From positions 64,001-128,000 of IMG/VR virus record IMGVR_UViG_3300010885_057925: DNA of 64,000 nucleotides; one strand, given 5' to 3'. Source of the stretch: a virus. Under the pieces are notes generated by a model that saw nothing but the letters and a program-made list of their open reading frames with translations, had not been told where the DNA came from and did no database searches. Positions 58,331-64,000 of this stretch are shown here, piece by piece (within the stretch, counting starts at the first letter, position 1; the number at the start of each line of letters is the position of its first letter). Both the position numbers and the translations under genes were made by a program.

Positions 58331-59916
58331 CGATTCAACCCGAACATGTGCTGAGCTCTTTGAGCGAACATCATGTGATCTCTCATCACGTGCTGATTGT
58401 TGACTGCGTACGTCATGTCGATACCCTCCTTCGTATTATCAGGGTGCTCATGGCGGATGATTACATCGTCCACATATGTTTGCTTTCCAAAAGCGAAAGC
58501 CACCTGCATAAACTCGTTATCACAGTAGAACGAGACGTAATCGGGGTGGTAGAGATAGCCGAAACGATCGTAGTATCTCTTTCCTAAAACGATCAGAGTG
58601 TTGAGCTTCTGCTTCTGATAACCATCGGAGAACCAGATGACACCATCTAGATCAGGGTAGTTCACCTTCATCTGCCGAATTATCTCGAGATCGTAACCCT
58701 CTCTTTCTGGAATCATATCGTCAGATGCTAGCAGGCAGATATCAAAATCTCGACCAGACATGTCAGCGTTGACAGCTTGAATCTTTGTCTTACTGTTGCC
58801 GTAGCAGACCTCAACGTTTTCGTACGACTCGAATCTTTTTCTGACTTCCTCGTTGTTCATCGTAGAATCGTCAAGATCACATGATACTAAGAACTTGACA
58901 TTCTTAGATCTGCTAAGATTTCTGTAGCTCTCAAGAACTGAGAAAAATTTCTCTGGACGACCGCGGGTTGGAAACTTCACCAGAAGATTGGGCTCTAAGT
59001 TTTCACGACCCGATATGATATCCAGAGTCCTCTGCCAGAAAACTGCTCTTCTATTGTGGAGCCACCTGAGAATGTTGAGAGGTTCGTACTCAAGCCACGT
59101 CTCTCCAACGTGCTGAACATTCTCGTTAGATATCACCTGACATCCCAATAACTTAGACTCAGTTACCATTCTATTAGAAACATCAGCTCCGCGTGGTAGA
59201 CAGACATAACCTTCAGAGTTAGACATAGCTTCTAAAACTTGATCTGGGCTCATGCTCTTGATCAAGCTGAAGATCTTGTCATTTTCCAGTAACCACTTCT
59301 TAGCGTCATCAGTTCCCTTTATCCACGAGTCGGAGTCAAGAGTCAGCCACCCAGACTTTTTTCTATTTGGAAGAGACTGGATAAGAGGAATAATCTTTTT
59401 GAAGAACTCGTCTCCAAATACCGCTGAGAGAACAGAGCAGTTTGCATTTTTCAAGCTTGGGAATCTATCGAAGTACCTTTGCATATGCTTCTGAGAGCAA
59501 AACCAAACTTGCCGAGCATTGAGATAGAACTGCTCAATTAGCTTGCCCCAGGGCTCAGCCTCGCAGCGGCACTCCTCACCGCCCTCTGCCAGATGTCTCT
59601 CAACCGATCTCCATCTACAGAACTTATAGTCATGCTCAAACACGGAGTAGCTAATTTTAGATAACGAAAAAGCGCTTATAAGAGTTGGATTCAATTGAGA
59701 AAAATTACCAAAGACCCAGTGACAGTTTGGTTGACTCTCTACCATCTCTCTAGTCAGATGAGCTGAGTGAACAGTGGCGAACGGAACAGGAGCTGAGCTA
59801 TGCAGAGCGTCCATTGACAGCTCAGCCCCTCCGACCAGATCTGACAGAAAAAAATCTTGAACAAAGATGATCTTAAACTCAGGCTTCTTTTGCTCTGAAA
59901 ATGGACTGTTGAACAT
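58327..59916 (-). CDS. Two-domain glycosyltransferase (GT-B-like N-terminus + GT2-like C-terminus)
   Basis: GGAELS..HDYKFC..KG..LP..D..RMVTESKLLGC; then KFPTRGRP..ASDDM..Y.SFYCDNEF..IIRHEH. Confidence 0.75.
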   Translation of the reverse strand: MFNSPFSEQKKPEFKIIFVQDFFLSDLVGGAELSMDALHSSAPVPFATVHSAHLTREMVESQPNCHWVFGNFSQLNPTLISAFSLSKISYSVFEHDYKFCRWRSVERHLAEGGEECRCEAEPWGKLIEQFYLNARQVWFCSQKHMQRYFDRFPSLKNANCSVLSAVFGDEFFKKIIPLIQSLPNRKKSGWLTLDSDSWIKGTDDAKKWLLENDKIFSLIKSMSPDQVLEAMSNSEGYVCLPRGADVSNRMVTESKLLGCQVISNENVQHVGETWLEYEPLNILRWLHNRRAVFWQRTLDIISGRENLEPNLLVKFPTRGRPEKFFSVLESYRNLSRSKNVKFLVSCDLDDSTMNNEEVRKRFESYENVEVCYGNSKTKIQAVNADMSGRDFDICLLASDDMIPEREGYDLEIIRQMKVNYPDLDGVIWFSDGYQKQKLNTLIVLGKRYYDRFGYLYHPDYVSFYCDNEFMQVAFAFGKQTYVDDVIIRHEHPDNTKEGIDMTYAVNNQHVMRDHMMFAQRAQHMFGLNR

Positions 59917-59921
59917 AGTAC

Positions 59922-59927
59922 ATTATA
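59922..59927 (-). promoter_or_regulatory. -10 element at the head of the glycosylation cluster
   Basis: Perfect TATAAT 5 nt before ATG 59916, just downstream of the terminator; -35 poor. Confidence 0.55.
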
Positions 59928-59956
59928 AGACCCATGAACAAAACGAAAATGCAGAT

Positions 59957-59990
59957 ACAAAAATGGTCGGCCCGAAGACCGACCATTTTC
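59957..59990 (-). terminator. Rho-independent terminator with C(UUCG)G tetraloop
   Basis: Minus strand AAAATGGTCGGTC-TTCG-GGCCGACCATTTTT just after stop 60004. Confidence 0.9.
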
Positions 59991-60003
59991 TCAACTCAGC
60001 TGA

Positions 60004-62571
60004 TCACTTTTCGTCGAGCTCAGGAACTCTCTCGAGGAGGAACTTGTAACGCTTTCCGTTCTTGTTGAAGCGGATAGACAGGAAGTCAGATTCCTCGATC
60101 AAGGTGTAGCTACCGCGCTCGTTTCGGAGGTGTAAGTCTCCAGTGTAGATGTTAGCCCATCTGATTGAAGGTCCGCCGAGATCGAATTGGCTGTCCGCGC
60201 CTGGAAAGAATCCTTGACGTCCACCAGAGGCTGTAACATGCGAAATCAGCGCTCCATCAAGGTTGAACCTGTGAGCGATTGTGGCCTGGTTATTGACCGT
60301 GCTACCGCTGAGGGTGAGAGTAGTTACGCCAGTTCCTGCAGCGAGAATAACGTTCTGGTCGGCAGATCCAGAAATTGTTGTTGTATTAGTTACAGCATTG
60401 ATGAGAAGCTCTGCAACCCCATCTCTCTGGAAGACGAATCCGCCTGTTCCAACGTTCGCAGTAACCGTGCTACCGCTTACCGTCATCCCACCAGAGCCGA
60501 CTGCTCCGATATTGACCTGCTGGTTGCTTGCTCCCTGGAAGTTAGCACTGTTTCCAGCCGTTGTCAGAGTAAGAACTGTCTGGGTCGCATTGTTGAACTT
60601 GATATCGTTACCGTCAGCACGGAGAACAAGGTCCGCAGCAGCTCTGAGCCTTGCATCGCTTCCATCACCCTCAACAACAAGATACGCCGGAGCTCCGGTG
60701 TCTTTGACAAACGTTGCACCGCTAGCTCCGTGCGTCAGGGTAATACCGTTCGTACCGCTGAGAGCTAGAGCCACACCCGTGAGTGTTCCGACCTGCAGAG
60801 TGTTAGAAGCGTAGCTGATCGTTCCTCTTCCAGTATCGTTAAACTTTAGATTGACACCCAGCGTATTCGCGCTGAGATCGATGCTTGAGCCTGTCAGGAC
60901 CAGGCTGGTCGCTCCGCCTGCGGCGTCCATCGCAGCAATCTTGAACTCGGTTCCCGAGGTGCCGATAAGCTGACCGACTCTTGAACCGCTCCTCGTGAAG
61001 TTTGTAGCATTGCTGGTGTCTAGAGTGACAGTCGTACCGCTGACAACAAGAGCCTTTCCAGCAGCCGCTCCGAACTGCACATTTGTGCTTGAATCCTTGA
61101 GTTCTGCGAACTGAACGCCTGCTATCTCGAACGAAGTTCCCTTGCCCGTCGCTCCGTTGAGGGTGACGCTACCGTTGTTGGACTGGACTGTTGCTGCATC
61201 GGTAGCAAAGACCGTAAGGGCTGTTCCATTCGAAGACGTAACGTAGGCACTGGTTCCGTTGACCTCGAGCTTGCTTGCTCTGATGGGCTGCAGCGCTGAG
61301 ACCGTGATAGTCACATCTTCCGGAGTTGACGTTGTTCTTGTCGCTACGAAAGCTGAGTTGGAATTTGACCAACCGAAAGCAACGTTGTTACCAGCTCCCG
61401 TGATTCCGCCAATGAAGCCTCGATCTCCTGCGCTAGTAGCGACTGAGCCTGACAGGAAGCCGAATCCGACAAGCGGATCCTCGATCACGAGGTTACTGGC
61501 CGATACGGTCATTGTCGTGCCCTGAACTTCAAGGTCACCAGCGACTACAACTTTCGAAGCAGCTCCACCGAGCGTTAACGTGGTGGTTGATGCGCCACCG
61601 ACGTTGAGGGATGTTGCGGCTGTAGCGATATTACCTGCAGCTGCAGCAAAGACGATATCGTTACCAGAAACTGTGAGATCACCCGCAACCGTTGTGTCAT
61701 TTCCAGCGAACGTCGTTCCCTCGACGACCACGCTGCCACCAGTTGAGGAGATCGTTAGATTACCGGTACCGCTGTGCGTGACTGTCTGAGCGTTCCCAGA
61801 GAGTGTGATATTACCCGCGATATCAGCTGTCGAGTCAACGTCGAGCGCGCCTCTGACGTTTAATGTGTTACCAGTTCCGCTCTGTCCAACGTTGACGGTC
61901 GCTGCAGTGTTTCCGAGGTTGATAGTTGTAGGAGCAGTCGCGGTGATTGTGGTACCACCAACCGTCAATGAGCCTGCAACGGTTGTCGTGTCAGAGGTGG
62001 AATCACCGAGGAAAGTGCTTCCGCTGACAATCGCGTTGCCTTGAACCGTGAGGTTTCCAAGTGCCTGAAGAGCAGAGCCGCTGATGACGCCAAGACCACT
62101 GATGCTTGCGACAGTGTTTCCGTTCGCAAGATCTTTCACAGCGAATGAACCAGAAGTTACGATCGGCCCTGAGAAGAGAGCTGTGTTAGAAGACGTGTTG
62201 CTGCCTGACACAGCGAAGAATACGTCGGAGCCCTTGGTCGAAGCGGCAGCGCCGAATCCGATCGCAATTGACGATGTGGTGAATGCTGCGGTCGCGCCTG
62301 ACTCGGTGAACACACCAGCGCCACCACCACCAGTTGAAGCTGTGATCTCCCACTGACCGAGCGAGTTGTAGTTCGCAGTGATGTTCGGCCCACCAACGAC
62401 AAAGTTATCTCCAGCCCCAGTCTTCTGGAGCGAGCCGGTGATGTTACTGGCATAAACGTTACGCCACTTGCTTGAAGTTGATCCAAGATCGAACGTTGCC
62501 GACCCTGGAATAAGAGATCCAGTTACTGCGATGGTTCCAATAGAACCAGAGAGACTACCTACCAAAGCCAT
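60004..62571 (-). CDS. Tail-fibre-like virion protein (G/S/T/A-rich beta repeats)
   Basis: GDLTVSG/GNLTVQG fibre repeats; DLG..S.RW.N.Y motif at both ends; C-terminal YTGDLHLRNERG module. Confidence 0.7.
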   Translation of the reverse strand: MALVGSLSGSIGTIAVTGSLIPGSATFDLGSTSSKWRNVYASNITGSLQKTGAGDNFVVGGPNITANYNSLGQWEITASTGGGGAGVFTESGATAAFTTSSIAIGFGAAASTKGSDVFFAVSGSNTSSNTALFSGPIVTSGSFAVKDLANGNTVASISGLGVISGSALQALGNLTVQGNAIVSGSTFLGDSTSDTTTVAGSLTVGGTTITATAPTTINLGNTAATVNVGQSGTGNTLNVRGALDVDSTADIAGNITLSGNAQTVTHSGTGNLTISSTGGSVVVEGTTFAGNDTTVAGDLTVSGNDIVFAAAAGNIATAATSLNVGGASTTTLTLGGAASKVVVAGDLEVQGTTMTVSASNLVIEDPLVGFGFLSGSVATSAGDRGFIGGITGAGNNVAFGWSNSNSAFVATRTTSTPEDVTITVSALQPIRASKLEVNGTSAYVTSSNGTALTVFATDAATVQSNNGSVTLNGATGKGTSFEIAGVQFAELKDSSTNVQFGAAAGKALVVSGTTVTLDTSNATNFTRSGSRVGQLIGTSGTEFKIAAMDAAGGATSLVLTGSSIDLSANTLGVNLKFNDTGRGTISYASNTLQVGTLTGVALALSGTNGITLTHGASGATFVKDTGAPAYLVVEGDGSDARLRAAADLVLRADGNDIKFNNATQTVLTLTTAGNSANFQGASNQQVNIGAVGSGGMTVSGSTVTANVGTGGFVFQRDGVAELLINAVTNTTTISGSADQNVILAAGTGVTTLTLSGSTVNNQATIAHRFNLDGALISHVTASGGRQGFFPGADSQFDLGGPSIRWANIYTGDLHLRNERGSYTLIEESDFLSIRFNKNGKRYKFLLERVPELDEK

Positions 62572-62612
62572 GTTATTTCTCCAGAGTCAGCTTTAACTAT
62601 TAACAACGAAAG

Positions 62613-63524
62613 TTAATCCTCGATCAACTGCATCATCATCTTGTAATTTTTACCTGTCTTGTTGTTTACGATCCTGAGGAAATCGTTCTCCTCAATCACA
62701 GTCCAGTCACCACGCTCGTTGCGAAGGTGAAGGTCACCAGTGTAGATGTGGGCCCAGCGGATGTCTGCAGTGCCGAGAGTGTAGGTGTTGTGAGCGTCAG
62801 GAATGATCGAACCTTTCATTCCAACGGAGCCGGTGATGTAAATCGATCCAGACATGAATATGTTGGAAGCTCCGGCAGTGTCCGTTGTTCCAATCTTAAT
62901 ATTCGTGGTTGATCCTGGATCTCCGCCCTGACCTATGTTAATATTCTTTGTGAGACCAGAAAGAGTCGCTCCCGTTGCGAGATTAAGACTGATAGATCCC
63001 GTTCTGCTTGCTGCAACGTTGAGAGTGAAACCGTTCGCGTTGCTTGAATTTCCGAGAGATATTGTGGAAGCTGCTCCACCTATTGCGACGGAGCTGACGC
63101 CGGTTCCGAATATTGTTGTTGAAGATTCAGTGCTGGTGATATCGCCACCGTTAACAGCAATATCTCCTGAGATCGTTAGGCTGTTTGACCCTGTAGCAAA
63201 GACAAGACCTGATGAAGCTCCGAGAAAACCGTTGTTGTTAAACTGTATCTGAGTGTTTGAACCAGCAGGAGGAGAAGAAAACTCGATTAGATCAGAATCA
63301 CCGACTCCATCACGATACCAGTATTTTTTTGATGATCCACTTACGATTAGTCGAACTTCCATCGACTTGAATCTAAGAGCTGATGGAATACCAGAGTTTG
63401 CTGCTGCAATAGAAGACGAGACGGTATCGAAAGAACCAGTGAAGGGTCCCGAATACGAGTCGACTGGAACCGCGTTGACAGGCTGAATTCCGTATGGTAG
63501 CTGAAGTCCGGGAGTTACTGGCAT
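62613..63524 (-). CDS. Fibre-like virion protein
   Basis: PAGSNTQIQFNNNGFLGAS motif, GDIAVNGGDIT; same C-terminal YTGDLHLRNERG module. Confidence 0.7.
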   Translation of the reverse strand: MPVTPGLQLPYGIQPVNAVPVDSYSGPFTGSFDTVSSSIAAANSGIPSALRFKSMEVRLIVSGSSKKYWYRDGVGDSDLIEFSSPPAGSNTQIQFNNNGFLGASSGLVFATGSNSLTISGDIAVNGGDITSTESSTTIFGTGVSSVAIGGAASTISLGNSSNANGFTLNVAASRTGSISLNLATGATLSGLTKNINIGQGGDPGSTTNIKIGTTDTAGASNIFMSGSIYITGSVGMKGSIIPDAHNTYTLGTADIRWAHIYTGDLHLRNERGDWTVIEENDFLRIVNNKTGKNYKMMMQLIED

Positions 63525-63536
63525 GCTGCTCTCTAA

Positions 63537-64000
63537 TTATGCCCTTACGATCGAGTGGCGGTGACTCGAAGCGTACGGGGAAGCGATTGTCATGGTGTAG
63601 ACCTTGTACGAGACTGCAGTCCCACCACCATCATTCACGTTGAACGTGGAGAGCACGTAGCTCGACGTGATGTCGGCGTTCAGGGCGTCCAAATCGATTA
63701 CGGAGGAGATGGTGTCTGATGCCGCCACTGTGGTAGGCAGCGCCATGGTGAAGTTGATCTGTGTATTTCCAGTATCCAGCACCGTAGTTCCACCAGCACT
63801 CACCAGTGTCTTTGTTCCAAGAGATCTGACATCTGCCGAAGTTGTCGGAGCTGTTGCCGACGGTCCGTAGAAAATTCCGTACTGGAATGTGATTGTTGTG
63901 CTACTTGACGTTGAGGTTTGGTAAGCATCGACAACTTGAATTCTGTATAACAACGACGTAGATGTGTTGAGAGCAGCATTGTTGTGGCTTGTAGAAGGAA
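63537..64000 (-). CDS. Putative virion protein, 3' part only
   Basis: Frame of 63537..63953 stays open to the window edge (..PSTSHNNAALNTSTSLLYRIQV..); S/T-rich beta pattern. Confidence 0.65.
   Translation of the reverse strand, partial: PSTSHNNAALNTSTSLLYRIQVVDAYQTSTSSSTTITFQYGIFYGPSATAPTTSADVRSLGTKTLVSAGGTTVLDTGNTQINFTMALPTTVAASDTISSVIDLDALNADITSSYVLSTFNVNDGGGTAVSYKVYTMTIASPYASSHRHSIVRA

Noticed and set aside
39950-59916. Bacterial O-antigen/capsule locus joined by misassembly or at a prophage boundary
   Set aside because: Same strand and continuous gene overlaps with phage genes on the left, phage fibre genes on the right, a phage-type nuclease inside, and no wzx/wzy/wzz, integrase or att site seen.
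1-64000. Alternative genetic code (stop-codon reassignment, as in some large phages)
   Set aside because: Genes are full length and densely packed in code 11, and TAA, TAG and TGA all end genes at sensible positions.
1-64000. Apparent abundance of TCGA and GATC 4-mers
   Set aside because: Plausibly explained by codon usage (ATC/CTC/TTC followed by GAN); cannot be shown significant without a Markov-model computation.
1-64000. tRNA, rRNA, introns or inteins
   Set aside because: Intergenic gaps are under ~90 nt with no cloverleaf seen, and terL, primase and portal have normal lengths with no insertion motifs.

Overview
This 64 kb window is a segment of a large T4-related (myovirus-like) bacteriophage genome. 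Every credible gene lies on the minus strand, tightly packed, in the standard genetic code. In transcription order (right to left) it holds: (1) fibre-like virion proteins sharing a C-terminal module, ending at a C(UUCG)G terminator; (2) a ~20 kb sugar-nucleotide/glycosyltransferase cluster (39950-59916) with gmd, fcl, glf, ugd, an epimerase, 5-8 glycosyltransferases including a Fringe/GT31-like one, and an acyl-carrier-protein module for an N-acyl amino sugar; (3) a Cas4-like nuclease and a gp55-like sigma factor; (4) a baseplate/tail module (gp5-like, gp25, gp6, LamG, Fn3-like and collagen/C1q-like proteins); (5) RuvC, primase and a fused Mre11-Rad50 (SbcD-SbcC); (6) terminase large subunit and portal. 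The most notable unexplained signal is a strong protein-level enrichment of the tripeptide [S/T]-G-S in a specific subset of virion proteins. Next to a glycosylation cluster with no export or polymerase genes, this suggests a phage-encoded virion O-glycosylation system with its own sequon. That is an inference and is untested. All product calls come from motif recognition by eye; no database search was run.
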